Origin: a virus
Virus record (IMG/VR): IMGVR_UViG_3300020183_000011
DNA length: 64,000 nt
Direction: 5' to 3' (one strand)
This document shows, in pieces, positions 42,851-54,075 of the stretch; positions within the stretch are counted from its first letter, which is position 1; every line of letters begins with the position of its first letter. A program made the position numbers and the translations under genes. The notes under the pieces were generated by a model. It was given only the letters and a program-made list of their open reading frames with translations, was not told where the DNA came from and did not search any database.

Positions 42851-43558
42851 ATGTTTAAAGACGGCATTAAATTAACAGGACGTTTGTTAATACAAAAATT
42901 TAACGTCAATAAGGAGCTGGTGTATTCTACAGAAGTACCTAACTTGATAGTTACTGCTGGAAAAGAATTCGTTGCTTCTAGGATAGTTGGATCAACATTA
43001 GATGTTATGGGTTACATGGCTATCGGTGACGACGCATCGACTAGTGCTTTAGCACAAACAACATTGGTCAACGAGTTAGCTAGAGTTGCTATTACTTCCG
43101 CGACAGCTTCAGGTGTAAACGCGACGTTCACTGGTACTTTTGGTGCTGGCGTTGGTACAGGTTCTATAGTAGAAGCTGGTATATTCAATGCTGACGACTC
43201 TTCAGTGCTCGTGTTTGACGGCGATAACGACGTAGATGATGCATCAGACGAGATCACCTACAACTCTCATGGTCTAGTGACAGGGGACAAAGTAACTTAT
43301 ACAGATGGCGGCGGTACAGCTATCACAGGTTTAACAGATGGTGGTACTTATTACATCATCCGTGTAGACGCAAATACAGTGCAGTTGGCGTCCTCATATG
43401 CAAATGCTGTAGCTGGTACAGAACTAGGTTTAACATCAGGTTCAGGTCTTAATCATAAGTTGACTTATGGTACTATGCTTTGCAGGACAACATTCCCAGT
43501 CATTACTAAATCAAGTTCAGAAACTATTGCTATATCTTGGGTTGTTTCTGTAGGATAA
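42851..43558 (+). CDS. Virion structural protein with an inserted beta-barrel module
   Basis: NLIVTAG, YMAIG, TLVNELAR, EAGIFNA ... RTTFPVITK...ISW, interrupted by HGLVTGDKVTY...GLTDGGTYY. Confidence 0.65.
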   Translation: MFKDGIKLTGRLLIQKFNVNKELVYSTEVPNLIVTAGKEFVASRIVGSTLDVMGYMAIGDDASTSALAQTTLVNELARVAITSATASGVNATFTGTFGAGVGTGSIVEAGIFNADDSSVLVFDGDNDVDDASDEITYNSHGLVTGDKVTYTDGGGTAITGLTDGGTYYIIRVDANTVQLASSYANAVAGTELGLTSGSGLNHKLTYGTMLCRTTFPVITKSSSETIAISWVVSVG

Positions 43559-43562
43559 TAAA

Positions 43563-46328
43563 ATGACATCATCATATTCAATATTTAAACAGAAGTTCAA
43601 GAAGACGATAGCTGATGCTATCTATCAAGAAGTTACTTCTAATACTGCGACTTACTATCATTGGTTTGGTAAAGAAAATAGTTGGACAGACTTCTTAAGC
43701 CCGTTCATACCATCTTCAACCACTGATATACCAGGAGCACCTTCAGAAAACTTCAGGTATGAACTTCATGTTCGTCGAGACCTACTAACCGCAAAGAAGA
43801 TTAAACCTTCAGACGTATCTTATGTGGTCAGACGTATCGACTGGACATCAAATACTGTTTATGATATATACGATGACGCCATCGAGACTACTACAGGATA
43901 CGGATACGGCCCAGCATATTCTGGAGCTACACGTTTAGAAGATGCAGACTTTTATGTATTGACTACAGACTATAACGTCTATAAGTGCATAGATAACAAC
44001 GAAGATTCACCTTCACTATACATGCCTACTGGTACGACGACAGACGTGTTCTCTACATCTGACGGTTACAGATGGAAGTTTATGTACTCTATCCCGGTAT
44101 CATTAAGAAATAGGTTCTTGTCTTCTGAACATATGCCAGTCTCTACAGCTTTAAAAGCACAGTTCTATTCGAGCGGTACTATTAACTTTATAGCTATAGA
44201 AAATGGTGGTGGAGGATATAATCCTGCCACGACCACTGCAGTCATCACCGGTGACGGGTACAAAGAATCAAACCCATACTTAATTAGTTCTTTAACATTA
44301 GAAGAAGCTGGAGATGGTTACTCTACTGTTAGTGCTAGCATATCATCACCGTTCTCTTCATTTCTTGTATGGTCTTCAGAGCTTAACGTATCTGTTGGCA
44401 CTTATATTAAGCACACAAATCCTGCAACTTTAGATGATAACTTTTACTACGTAGTCACTGGCACTAAGTTAGGCACTAGTGGACCAATCCATACTTCAGG
44501 AACAATCAATAATGGGTCAGCACAGTTAAAATATGTAGGTACTACAGCAACGATATCTGTTACATTATCAGGATCTGAAGTTGACTCAGTGACTTTAGTT
44601 GATGGCGGCTTTGGTTATCAAGATACTCCTACTATCACTGTTTCAGAACCGGTCACAAAAGATGATAATTGGGAACCATTAGTCACAGCTACACTTGGAG
44701 ATATACTCTATCATTCAGGTAGATACTACGAGGTCACTACTGGTGGTAGCACAGGAACAACTGGTCCGACACATACTTCGGGTGCTGTAGCAAACGGCGC
44801 TGCAGTATTAACATACGTAGCTACACTAGCAGAGATCACTGCTGTCATCGTGAAGACAGAAGCTGAGATAGACCTCACCATATCTCCTGGGATTGATAGT
44901 GTGTATACTCTATTACTAGGTTCACAAGGCACAAAATACGTAGAGGTGCCTAACGTCACGATAGCAGCTCCAGGAACTGGCACTACAGCGACGGCGACAG
45001 CAGCCATAGATGCAGGTAAAGTAATAACACTGTCAGTGTCAGATGCAGGAAACGGATACACATCAGCTCCTGCAGTTACTATATCTTATCCAAAATTGAC
45101 ATTTAATGGTGCTACTGCTGTAAACGATGTGGCCGAGACGATCACATATACTGGACATAGACTAGTCACAGGAGATGCTGTTGTATACAATAACGGTGGA
45201 GGTACATCTATTGGTGGACTAACATCAACTAATACCTACTATGTTATCAAAGTAAATGATAACATTATTCAACTTGCAGGTTCATCTGGCGACGCATCGT
45301 CTGGTACATACATAAACTTAACAGACGGAGTCGGATCAGCTCATACATTGACATTGACTACAGGTCAAGCTACAGCTACTGCAGTATTAGGTACTGGTGG
45401 TGAGATAGTTGGGTATACGATCGTGGACGGAGGAGTTGGTTATACTAATGCTAACATCGAGGTAGTTGACTCATCATCTTCCGGAAGTGGTGCAGTATTG
45501 GCAGCAGACTTTTCTATAGGAGCGATCGATACGCTTCAAGCAAACGTTGAGTTGCTAGCTGTACCAGGTTCAGTAGAAACCATAAAGATGGTAGAAAATG
45601 GTACAGGTTATGGTGCTGCGACCGTCAACATCCTTGGTGATGGTACAGGAGCCACAGCAACAGCTACATGTTCTGGTGGTCAGGTAACTAAGATAGAAAT
45701 AACTAATGCTGGTTCTGGATATACATGGACTGAGATCGAGATCACTGGTAATTCTGGATCATCTGGTGCTGTAGCAAGAGCTATCATGTCACCATTAGGT
45801 GGTCATGGATCAAACGCTATCGACGAGTTAAACGCTAACTCTATAATCTTCTATACATCTATCTCAAGAGATAAGAACCAAGGTATTGAGATCAACAACG
45901 ACTATCGTAAGGTTGGTCTTGTACGTAACTTAAAACAGTTTGGTTCTAACAGAAGGTTTACAGAAGACATTGGTTCTGGATGTGTGCTGGTTACTGGCAT
46001 TTTTAACCCTACACAACTACAGTATGATATGTTACTATTAAAAGATGGGTATAAAAAGTATCGTATAGTAGACTTTAATGATACACAGATCCTAGTATCA
46101 GTGTTTAATAACTTTACTATCGGTATAGGAGATGTTTTGGTCACAGACCCTACAAATGAAGGAGCTGTATCTGCACCTACGGTAGTAGCACAAAACATCA
46201 TAGCAACAGCGGTTTCTGAAAGGACTATAGATCAGTTCTCTGGAGACTTCTTGATGTTCTCTGTGAGAGAAGCTTACGCACCGACGTCTGAGCAAATTAT
46301 CACGGTAAGAACCACATTAACCATATAA
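43563..46328 (+). CDS. Baseplate wedge gp8-like protein, expanded with accessory domains
   Basis: VVRRIDW, FYVLTTDYNVYKCIDN, DGYRWKFMYSI, GGHG.NAIDEL, NDYRKVGLVRN. Confidence 0.8.
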   Translation: MTSSYSIFKQKFKKTIADAIYQEVTSNTATYYHWFGKENSWTDFLSPFIPSSTTDIPGAPSENFRYELHVRRDLLTAKKIKPSDVSYVVRRIDWTSNTVYDIYDDAIETTTGYGYGPAYSGATRLEDADFYVLTTDYNVYKCIDNNEDSPSLYMPTGTTTDVFSTSDGYRWKFMYSIPVSLRNRFLSSEHMPVSTALKAQFYSSGTINFIAIENGGGGYNPATTTAVITGDGYKESNPYLISSLTLEEAGDGYSTVSASISSPFSSFLVWSSELNVSVGTYIKHTNPATLDDNFYYVVTGTKLGTSGPIHTSGTINNGSAQLKYVGTTATISVTLSGSEVDSVTLVDGGFGYQDTPTITVSEPVTKDDNWEPLVTATLGDILYHSGRYYEVTTGGSTGTTGPTHTSGAVANGAAVLTYVATLAEITAVIVKTEAEIDLTISPGIDSVYTLLLGSQGTKYVEVPNVTIAAPGTGTTATATAAIDAGKVITLSVSDAGNGYTSAPAVTISYPKLTFNGATAVNDVAETITYTGHRLVTGDAVVYNNGGGTSIGGLTSTNTYYVIKVNDNIIQLAGSSGDASSGTYINLTDGVGSAHTLTLTTGQATATAVLGTGGEIVGYTIVDGGVGYTNANIEVVDSSSSGSGAVLAADFSIGAIDTLQANVELLAVPGSVETIKMVENGTGYGAATVNILGDGTGATATATCSGGQVTKIEITNAGSGYTWTEIEITGNSGSSGAVARAIMSPLGGHGSNAIDELNANSIIFYTSISRDKNQGIEINNDYRKVGLVRNLKQFGSNRRFTEDIGSGCVLVTGIFNPTQLQYDMLLLKDGYKKYRIVDFNDTQILVSVFNNFTIGIGDVLVTDPTNEGAVSAPTVVAQNIIATAVSERTIDQFSGDFLMFSVREAYAPTSEQIITVRTTLTI

Positions 46329-46331
46329 ATA
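46324..46331 (+). promoter_or_regulatory. T4-type late promoter
   Basis: Exact TATAAATA before the 1725 aa gene. Confidence 0.65.
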
Positions 46332-46356
46332 TATAAAACTATTGGAAGAGTAAAAC

Positions 46357-49300
46357 ATGGCAATTAATTTTAATATAGAACCGTACTATGACGACTTTGA
46401 TGATACCAAAAATTATCATAGGATCTTATTCCGTCCAGGCTATGCAGTTCAAGCTAGAGAGTTAACTCAGCTTCAGACTCAACTACAAGACCAAATCAAG
46501 AAGTTTGGTAACCATATCTTTATAAATGGTGCTGTAGTTATAGGTGGTGGTAGATCTTTTGAGAATGACTTGCTATCAATCAAGTTAAACTCTTCATTCT
46601 CTGGTGCTACTGTAAACATCAATAACTTTGATGGTAAGATCATTACAGGATCTACTTCTGGCACAAAAGCTGTAGTTAAGTCTATCGCAGACATCACTAC
46701 TACAGACCCTAAAACATTACTAGTCAAGATAATTTCAGGATCTGCATTCACTGCAGGTGAAAACATCGTGACTTCTCCAGGCACTGCATATACTGCTACC
46801 ATACAATCAACTAGCCCGTTCAATACAGGCATGAGCTTTGCGATAGATTCTGGAGTGTACTACATTGATGGTAAGTTCATATTCGTAGAAGCGCAAAGCC
46901 TGCCTGTTTCAAAGTACTCAAACACATCTTCGCATAACATTGGGTTTGTGGTAGAAGAAGAGACCATCACGACAGATGAAGATTCATCTATCTTAGATCG
47001 TGCACAGGGTACACCAAACTTTGCAGCTCCTGGTGCAGATCGTTATAAAGCATCGTTGACGTTAACAGTTAAATCTTTAGGTTCAGCTCTAGATGACTTC
47101 GTTGAGATAGCTCGAGTAGTAGATGGTGAACTAGTAGTTAATCAATACAAGACAATTTATTCTGAGATAGGTAAAGAGCTAGCACGTCGTACGTTTGACG
47201 AGTCTGGTGATTACACTGTTAAGAAATGGCCTATACAGATATTAGATCATCAAGCCACGACTCCAGACGCTACTAAGTTTACGGTAGCTCTAGATCCAGG
47301 TAAAGCATATGTCAAAGGCTTTGAGTTTGAAACCATTAACCAAGAGTTCCTGACTTTAGACAGAGCTAGAGACACAGAACAAGCAGATAACTTAGATGTC
47401 AACATCACATACGGTAACTATGTCATAGTGACAAGCTTATATGGTCAGTTCACTACTAACGCTGCATCAAGTCCATATTCATCAGTTGAGATCCATGATG
47501 TCGTAAGAGCTTCAGTATCTGGAGCTACATCAAAGATCGGTTCAGCAAAAGTACGATTCTTAACAATAAACTCAGGAACACCAGGAACATCTGCGACTTA
47601 TAAGATGTACTTGTTTGACATCGTCATAGATTCGGGTAAGTTCTTTAAGAACGCAGAGTCTATCGTCATTCGATCAGGAGCATCAGTATTATCTGGGGCT
47701 GACGTAGACTTATTATCTAAAGATGGTGGTTCATCTGGCGGAGACGCTTTCTTATCAGGACAAGACTCACCAGGACTTGTGTTCCCGTTATTAAACCAAT
47801 ATGTCAAGACAGTAAGAGATTCATCAAACGCTACACAGTCTGACTACACTATACAAAGGACTTTCTCAGGAGTTTCATTCTCGGCAGGTACTGCTTCCAT
47901 CTCTACTGCAAACGGGTTAGAAAGGTTTGTTGGTACATCTGGAGCTTTATCAGACACTGTTAAAGATGCTAGCTATCATGCTGTGATCACTGCAATCACG
48001 AACGCTGGTTCTACAGGTTTGAGCGTAGGTAGTATCATTAGATTTAATACAGCAGCATCTAGATCAATTACACTTTCAACTCCATCTGTAGGTGTTGCAC
48101 ATCAAGCAACGTTTAACATCAACGATGGGTCGTTCGCTGCTACGGTAACAATCATAGCTGGGATAAATGCTAATACACAAACAGAAAGACTTAAAACTCT
48201 ATCTAATTATACGATCAAGATCTTAGGTACCGGTTCTGGTGGTGGATTAAACACTACTTTAGGTGGTAAAGACTCATTAAGTCTTTCAGACATCTATGAA
48301 GTTGAAGGTGTCTATAACACAGGCGCTACAAACCCAACGACAGTAACTGTTAACGGCACTACAGGTGCATTAACATGGGGTGCTGTATCATATACAGATG
48401 TGACTGATGACTACATAGTCGATGATGGTCAACGTGCAGAATACTATGATCATGGCAACTTAGTGTTATCTGGTACTGCTCCAACATCATCACACTACTT
48501 ACTAGTCGTGTATAGAAACTTCTCACATTCAGGTAACGGCTTCTTATCAGTCGACTCATATGGTATCGACTACACAGATATCCCACAATTTACTGATCCA
48601 GCTTCTGGTACAGTATACGAACTAAGGGACTGTATCGATTTTAGACCAAGACGTACTGACGGAGCTTCAACACTATCAGGCGGACAAGTTCCTGATCCAG
48701 ACGGTACATTTAACTGTGACTATCAATACTACCTTGGTAGGTTCGATAAGATCATTGCAACATCTGATAAACAGTTTGTTGTTAAACAAGGTGTCCCAGC
48801 TGTATATCCAGTTGTGCCTGTAGACGAATCGAATGGCATGACGATCTACATCGTTGCTATACCTCCATATACATCATATGTGTCTGACGTACAGATCAAG
48901 TATATCGATAACAAACGTTATACAATGAGAGATATTGGCCGTCTAGAAAAACGTATATCAAACCTAGAATACTATACACAGCTTTCTCTATTAGAAAAAC
49001 AAGCTAAGGATACATCTATCCCTGACTCTTCTAACTTTGAGAAGTTTAAGAACGGGTTTGCTGTAGACCCATTCACATCACAAGACATATTCTATAGCTC
49101 TGCTGCAGCATGGTCAGAGAGACGTTGGGGTTGGTGGAATGCATGGTTCAACGGATCAAATACCTGGAGTCAAGCAGCAACTAACTATAATGAAAATTCA
49201 ATAGCAAACCCAGCTGATCCTGGTTTTAATGCTGCTATCGATCCATTAAACCAAGAACTTAGAGCTCCGTTTACAGTACAGTTTCATCAGTTCAACGTTA

Positions 49301-51534
49301 GTACATTAACAGATACAGAAAGAAACGGTGATCTTGTAACACTATCTTACACAGAAGAAGACGCTATAACACAAAACGTAGCTACTACATTTGTTAACGT
49401 TAACCCATTTAACGTTGTTCGATTCTTAGGTTCTATAGTCTTAGAGCCATCATTCGATCAATGGGTAGACACAGAGTTCTTACCTGCGGTAAACAGAGTC
49501 GTTGATGTACAAGTACCTGATGCTGCAGACTTGGTCATTCAAAACTTTAGCGGTGGTGGTAATCGTGTCAACATCACAAGTAGAACTACATCAGTAGTAT
49601 CTAACGTCATAGGGTCTACAACGTCATCATTGGGCACAAGTGTGGTCGATGTTCAATACATCCCGTTCATCAGAGCTAATACTATACTTGGTGTAGGTAA
49701 AACATTTAAACCTAATGCTGAACTATATCCATTCATTGAAAACACCGACATCAGTTCATATGTTAGACCACTCACATTAGTTGAAGTTCAAAACTTTACT
49801 GGTACTTTATTGAACACCAACCAAGGAGCTTATGAATCATTATCATTTAGGACTGGTTCTGCAAGTGGTGTAGAGACTGGTACAGCTAAAGCAGCTATCT
49901 TTACACAAGCGACAACTGCTGATGCTACAAAACGACTATTAACGATCTACGATAATGCTGGCACCATAGCAGTAGGTAAGTATGTAGTTGGATTAGACGG
50001 CGGTGGTTCTGGCTTAGTCACAGATGTTACTACTTACAGCTTAGGTGACTCATTAGTCCCTGATGAATATGGTCATATTGGCTTTGAGTTCCAGATCCCA
50101 GCTAATACGTTTAAGACTGGCGAGAGGACTATTCGTCTAATCGATAATACATTAAACGATACAGAAGCTCAAGAGTCTATCGGCGAAGCTAAGTATACAG
50201 CTATCGGCACATTACAAACTAAACAAGAAACACTATTAACTACAAGAGCTATCCAAAATCAAAGAGTTACTGTAGAGACTGGAAATAGATTCTGGGTTGA
50301 CCCGACAGCTCAAACATTCCTTGTTGATCCAAATGCATACCCACAAGGGTTCTACTTATCATCTGTGGACGTATTCTTTAGGACTAAATCATCTACTATC
50401 CCAGTAACGATGGAGATAAGAAGGACCGCTAACGGTTATCCTGAAGCTAACAGGACAATCCCATTTGCCGAAGTCATACTAGAGCCTGAAAAAGTTAATA
50501 CATCTACGACAAGTAATACTGCAACGACGTTTAACTTTGCAAACCCAATACACCTATCTCCTGGCGAGTACGCTATCGTGTTACTAACTAATTCAGATGA
50601 TTATCAAGTATATGTCTCTGAGATTGGTCAAACAGTCATAGGTGGTACTGCTAAGGTAAATAAACAACCATACTTAGGTTCATTGTTTAAATCACAAAAC
50701 TCTACTACATGGGAAGCAGATCAAAACAAAGACCTTAAGTTTACTATCCGTAGAGCAGAGTTTGCTGCATCAGGTACTGCTGAGTTTGATATCATCGACC
50801 CTACGTCGACTAAAGACTATCAAACATTGTTTACTAACTCTTCAACGATCTTACCTACTGGCACAACGATCGTATGGGAAGCAAAAGCATACAATGCAGA
50901 CACTACGTTTGATGCTGATTGGACACCTATCAACATCAATCAAGACATCAACTACTCGTTCTTACGTAGGTTAGCACAAGAGTCTATCGCTGGTGATGTT
51001 AGCTTGAAACTAAGAGCATCATTAGCAACTACAAACACTGCTGTATCTCCAGCGGTAGACGCTTCAGCATTGTCTGTAGTTACAGCGTTGAATACTATCA
51101 ACAATGATTCTACTGATGAGTCTGGATTAAACGTTAATGGTAATGCGTTAGCAAGATACATCACTAACCCAATCAACTTAGCTGACGGCTTTGATGCATC
51201 TAACTTATGTGTTACTGTAGACATCAACAGACCAGCTGGTACAGACGTTAAAGTTTACTACAAGACTCTACCGACTGAGAAGACAACACCTATATCTGAT
51301 GAGTTATGGTACGAGATGACACTAGAGTCTGCTGTTGCATCTTCAATCAATAACTTTGACTTTAGAGAACATAGGTTCTTCCCGTCTGATGCATTTGATT
51401 CTTATGGTGTACCACAAGACTCTCCGATCACGACAAGGTTCAATACGTTCCAGATCAAGATAGTGTTGTTGTCTTCATCAGAAGCAAGCACTCCTAGATT
51501 AAGAGACTTAAGAATCATTGCGTTGGATAGCTAA
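46357..51534 (+). CDS. Large virion structural protein (DUF4815/VrlC-like)
   Basis: FNIEPYYDDFD..KNYHRILFRPG.AVQARELTQLQT, APGADR, LARRTFDESGDY, NKRYTMRDIG.LEKRI.NLEYYT.LSLLE, DPTAQTF, DLRIIAL. Confidence 0.85.
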   Translation: MAINFNIEPYYDDFDDTKNYHRILFRPGYAVQARELTQLQTQLQDQIKKFGNHIFINGAVVIGGGRSFENDLLSIKLNSSFSGATVNINNFDGKIITGSTSGTKAVVKSIADITTTDPKTLLVKIISGSAFTAGENIVTSPGTAYTATIQSTSPFNTGMSFAIDSGVYYIDGKFIFVEAQSLPVSKYSNTSSHNIGFVVEEETITTDEDSSILDRAQGTPNFAAPGADRYKASLTLTVKSLGSALDDFVEIARVVDGELVVNQYKTIYSEIGKELARRTFDESGDYTVKKWPIQILDHQATTPDATKFTVALDPGKAYVKGFEFETINQEFLTLDRARDTEQADNLDVNITYGNYVIVTSLYGQFTTNAASSPYSSVEIHDVVRASVSGATSKIGSAKVRFLTINSGTPGTSATYKMYLFDIVIDSGKFFKNAESIVIRSGASVLSGADVDLLSKDGGSSGGDAFLSGQDSPGLVFPLLNQYVKTVRDSSNATQSDYTIQRTFSGVSFSAGTASISTANGLERFVGTSGALSDTVKDASYHAVITAITNAGSTGLSVGSIIRFNTAASRSITLSTPSVGVAHQATFNINDGSFAATVTIIAGINANTQTERLKTLSNYTIKILGTGSGGGLNTTLGGKDSLSLSDIYEVEGVYNTGATNPTTVTVNGTTGALTWGAVSYTDVTDDYIVDDGQRAEYYDHGNLVLSGTAPTSSHYLLVVYRNFSHSGNGFLSVDSYGIDYTDIPQFTDPASGTVYELRDCIDFRPRRTDGASTLSGGQVPDPDGTFNCDYQYYLGRFDKIIATSDKQFVVKQGVPAVYPVVPVDESNGMTIYIVAIPPYTSYVSDVQIKYIDNKRYTMRDIGRLEKRISNLEYYTQLSLLEKQAKDTSIPDSSNFEKFKNGFAVDPFTSQDIFYSSAAAWSERRWGWWNAWFNGSNTWSQAATNYNENSIANPADPGFNAAIDPLNQELRAPFTVQFHQFNVSTLTDTERNGDLVTLSYTEEDAITQNVATTFVNVNPFNVVRFLGSIVLEPSFDQWVDTEFLPAVNRVVDVQVPDAADLVIQNFSGGGNRVNITSRTTSVVSNVIGSTTSSLGTSVVDVQYIPFIRANTILGVGKTFKPNAELYPFIENTDISSYVRPLTLVEVQNFTGTLLNTNQGAYESLSFRTGSASGVETGTAKAAIFTQATTADATKRLLTIYDNAGTIAVGKYVVGLDGGGSGLVTDVTTYSLGDSLVPDEYGHIGFEFQIPANTFKTGERTIRLIDNTLNDTEAQESIGEAKYTAIGTLQTKQETLLTTRAIQNQRVTVETGNRFWVDPTAQTFLVDPNAYPQGFYLSSVDVFFRTKSSTIPVTMEIRRTANGYPEANRTIPFAEVILEPEKVNTSTTSNTATTFNFANPIHLSPGEYAIVLLTNSDDYQVYVSEIGQTVIGGTAKVNKQPYLGSLFKSQNSTTWEADQNKDLKFTIRRAEFAASGTAEFDIIDPTSTKDYQTLFTNSSTILPTGTTIVWEAKAYNADTTFDADWTPININQDINYSFLRRLAQESIAGDVSLKLRASLATTNTAVSPAVDASALSVVTALNTINNDSTDESGLNVNGNALARYITNPINLADGFDASNLCVTVDINRPAGTDVKVYYKTLPTEKTTPISDELWYEMTLESAVASSINNFDFREHRFFPSDAFDSYGVPQDSPITTRFNTFQIKIVLLSSSEASTPRLRDLRIIALDS

Positions 51535-51740
51535 TGAAGATCAAAGTAGAAAATGAAAGTTTAGTCAGAGACACGAACTCTAACGCTATATTAGAGACTG
51601 ATACAAGAAAGCTCCATAAACACAGAGCGATCAAGCAAGCTCTTAAAGATAAAGAAGATAAACTTGATTCATTAATGGAAAAAATAAATAAGTTAGAAAC
51701 AATTATCGACAGGATGACACATGGCAACATTAACACTTAG
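51534..51740 (+). CDS. Small conserved coiled-coil protein
   Basis: KVENESLVRD.NSNAIL motif typical after DUF4815-like genes. Confidence 0.7.
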   Translation: MKIKVENESLVRDTNSNAILETDTRKLHKHRAIKQALKDKEDKLDSLMEKINKLETIIDRMTHGNINT

Positions 51741-52926
51741 ATCAGTTAAGGGTGCACCCCTTACTAACAATGAGATAGATACCAATTTTAGTAATCTTAA
51801 TACCGATATAGGTACTAGATTACTTTCATCTGACTATACGGCTTCTGACGTCTTAACAAAGATCAAGACTGTTGATGGAACAGATTCTGGGCTCGATGCA
51901 GATACACTTGATGGTCTAAACACATCAAGCTCAGATACATCAGGTAATAGTGTTGTGACTCGTTCATCTGGTAACTTTTCAGCTGGCACCATCACAGCTA
52001 CACAGTTAAACGGTCCATTATACTTAAACACTTCACAAACCATAGTGTTTGAGGGTACAGATGACACGAATGAAACTACTCTGACAGTAGCTGACCCTAC
52101 ATCTGATAGGACCATCACGCTACCTAACGTGACAGGTACTGTAGTGACTACAGGTGACACAGGCTCTGTGACTAACACCATGCTTGCAGGATCTATAGCT
52201 AATGCTAAGTTAGCTAATGACTCAATCACAGTTGATGGTACTACCATAGCTTTAGGAGCTTCTGGTTCTATTACAGGTGCAGATCTAACATGGTCAGGTA
52301 CACAAACATTCGTTGATAATAAACTATTGGTCGTAGATAATGTAGATACTTCTAAGAAGCTTGCATTACAGATATCAAACATCTCACCATCAACAACAAG
52401 AACTCTAACTGCACCAGATGCAGATGGTACAATTGCAACTAGAGAATACGTAGCTGGTGGAGCAGGAGCCGGATCATTCACCACTTTATCTGCTAGCTCA
52501 ACCACATCATTGACTGGTGATTTATCCATCAGTAACTTAATAACTGCTGGTGAAAAGACTACCGTATCAAATACTGCTGCTGCAAGTACAATACAATATG
52601 ATATGTTAACTCAAAGTATCTTGTATTATACTGCTAACGCTACAGGTAATTGGACATTAAACCTAAGAGGTAATAGTTCAACTACATTAAATAGTGTGAT
52701 GGCGATAGGTGAGACTAGGACTATCACGTTCTTAGTTACTCAAGGTGGAACAGCTTATTATCAATCAGGTTTAACTGTAGATGGTACTTCTGTTACTCCT
52801 AAATGGCAAAATGGTGTAACTCTGACTTCTGGTAATACTAATGGTATAGACGTATATGTCTTAGCTATAGTCAAGACTGCTAACGCTACGTTCACTGTCT
52901 TAGAGTCAACTACCAAGTTTGCTTAA
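51721..52926 (+). CDS. Tail fibre-like protein (paralog A)
   Basis: LTLR..KG.PLT..E.D.NF, VDG..SGLDADTLDG, DRTITLPN.TGTV; C-terminal TITFLVTQGGT...PKW domain. Confidence 0.75.
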   Translation: MATLTLRSVKGAPLTNNEIDTNFSNLNTDIGTRLLSSDYTASDVLTKIKTVDGTDSGLDADTLDGLNTSSSDTSGNSVVTRSSGNFSAGTITATQLNGPLYLNTSQTIVFEGTDDTNETTLTVADPTSDRTITLPNVTGTVVTTGDTGSVTNTMLAGSIANAKLANDSITVDGTTIALGASGSITGADLTWSGTQTFVDNKLLVVDNVDTSKKLALQISNISPSTTRTLTAPDADGTIATREYVAGGAGAGSFTTLSASSTTSLTGDLSISNLITAGEKTTVSNTAAASTIQYDMLTQSILYYTANATGNWTLNLRGNSSTTLNSVMAIGETRTITFLVTQGGTAYYQSGLTVDGTSVTPKWQNGVTLTSGNTNGIDVYVLAIVKTANATFTVLESTTKFA

Positions 52927-52934
52927 GGGTTAAG

Positions 52935-53546
52935 ATGCCATTAATAAACACAGGCTCATTATCTGCTAGAGCATTTGGGTTTGCTGGTAGAGGTATAGTA
53001 ACATTAACTACCGGTTCAGTACAAGAGATATTTGCTACAAGCTTGGGTAGTAGGTCTGCAACCATAACATTAGCAGACGGCAATATAGTGACTGGATCTT
53101 ATATCCATTCAAATAGTAATCAAGGCCTTCGTTACAGGTCAATAACGGCTGATAATTCTACTTTAGTATATGGATCACAACAAATATTCTCAAGAGGTAC
53201 TTGCGGTGGAGAAACCATAGCAATAAGCTTAGCAGCAGGTAACGTCGTGAATGGTAGACAGATGGCACATGCCGAAGATAATACCAACACCTACACCGGT
53301 AGCATAAACTTATACTATAAGACTCTTACGTTATCGTACTCTAATACTTTAGTATGGGGTAATGCTACACAATCAACAACAGTTCAATCTGGTTCTTGGG
53401 TAGATGTGCCTGGTACATTAGCAACAAAAGGATCTACTGTGAACATGATGACTGGACAAAGCTATTTTGTTGGTGGCGGCCGCTGCGGACGCTTGTGGAA
53501 TCCTTTTAACCATTTTGTATGGTATAGGTCATTAACGGTATCGTAA
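52935..53546 (+). CDS. Putative fibre tip/adhesin protein
   Basis: MPLINTG..SARAFGF N-terminus, beta-rich; follows the fibre gene. Confidence 0.5.
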   Translation: MPLINTGSLSARAFGFAGRGIVTLTTGSVQEIFATSLGSRSATITLADGNIVTGSYIHSNSNQGLRYRSITADNSTLVYGSQQIFSRGTCGGETIAISLAAGNVVNGRQMAHAEDNTNTYTGSINLYYKTLTLSYSNTLVWGNATQSTTVQSGSWVDVPGTLATKGSTVNMMTGQSYFVGGGRCGRLWNPFNHFVWYRSLTVS

Positions 53547-53547
53547 T

Positions 53548-53811
53548 ATGTTTGCATTATATGATAAGAATACAGGATTTGTAAGGGTTACATGCACTGA
53601 AAACCCAGTAATGAGCTGTAAGTTTGTTCCAGATTGGCATGACAACTATGTTTTAGAAGAGTTTCCATATACTGATATTATAAATTTACAAGAATATTTT
53701 GCTAAAGTTGAAAATAATAAACTAAAGGTCATAGGAAAAATAGATGATCTGCGAATTAGAGGGTTACAACATCGTTATGATGGTTTTAGCCCATTGTTTG
53801 AAGGAGAATAA
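53548..53811 (+). CDS. Small hypothetical protein (paralog of the next ORF; possible fibre chaperone)
   Basis: MFALYDKNTGFVRVTCTENP aligns with MFVIACRETGCVKLTCTEDP. Confidence 0.55.
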   Translation: MFALYDKNTGFVRVTCTENPVMSCKFVPDWHDNYVLEEFPYTDIINLQEYFAKVENNKLKVIGKIDDLRIRGLQHRYDGFSPLFEGE

Positions 53812-53813
53812 AT

Positions 53814-54062
53814 ATGTTTGTCATAGCGTGTAGAGAGACTGGATGTGTAAAGCTAACTTGTACTGAAGATCCAAGAAATGTCATGGCTCTAAGTCCAAAC
53901 TTAGACGAACACTTTGATGTGTTAGAGTTTGATGATAACAATGATTATACAGATAAGCACTTAAAGGTAATAGACGGGTCTCTAGTAGACTTAGGGTATA
54001 TAAGAGATATGGAAAGCACAGTAGCAGAAGACTGCAATAACTGTCCACCATTAACAGAATAA
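53814..54062 (+). CDS. Small hypothetical protein (paralog of the previous ORF)
   Basis: Shares TG.V..TCTE.P, VLE and KV...L...G.I.D with 53548..53811. Confidence 0.55.
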   Translation: MFVIACRETGCVKLTCTEDPRNVMALSPNLDEHFDVLEFDDNNDYTDKHLKVIDGSLVDLGYIRDMESTVAEDCNNCPPLTE

Positions 54063-54075
54063 ACTAGGATTAAAA

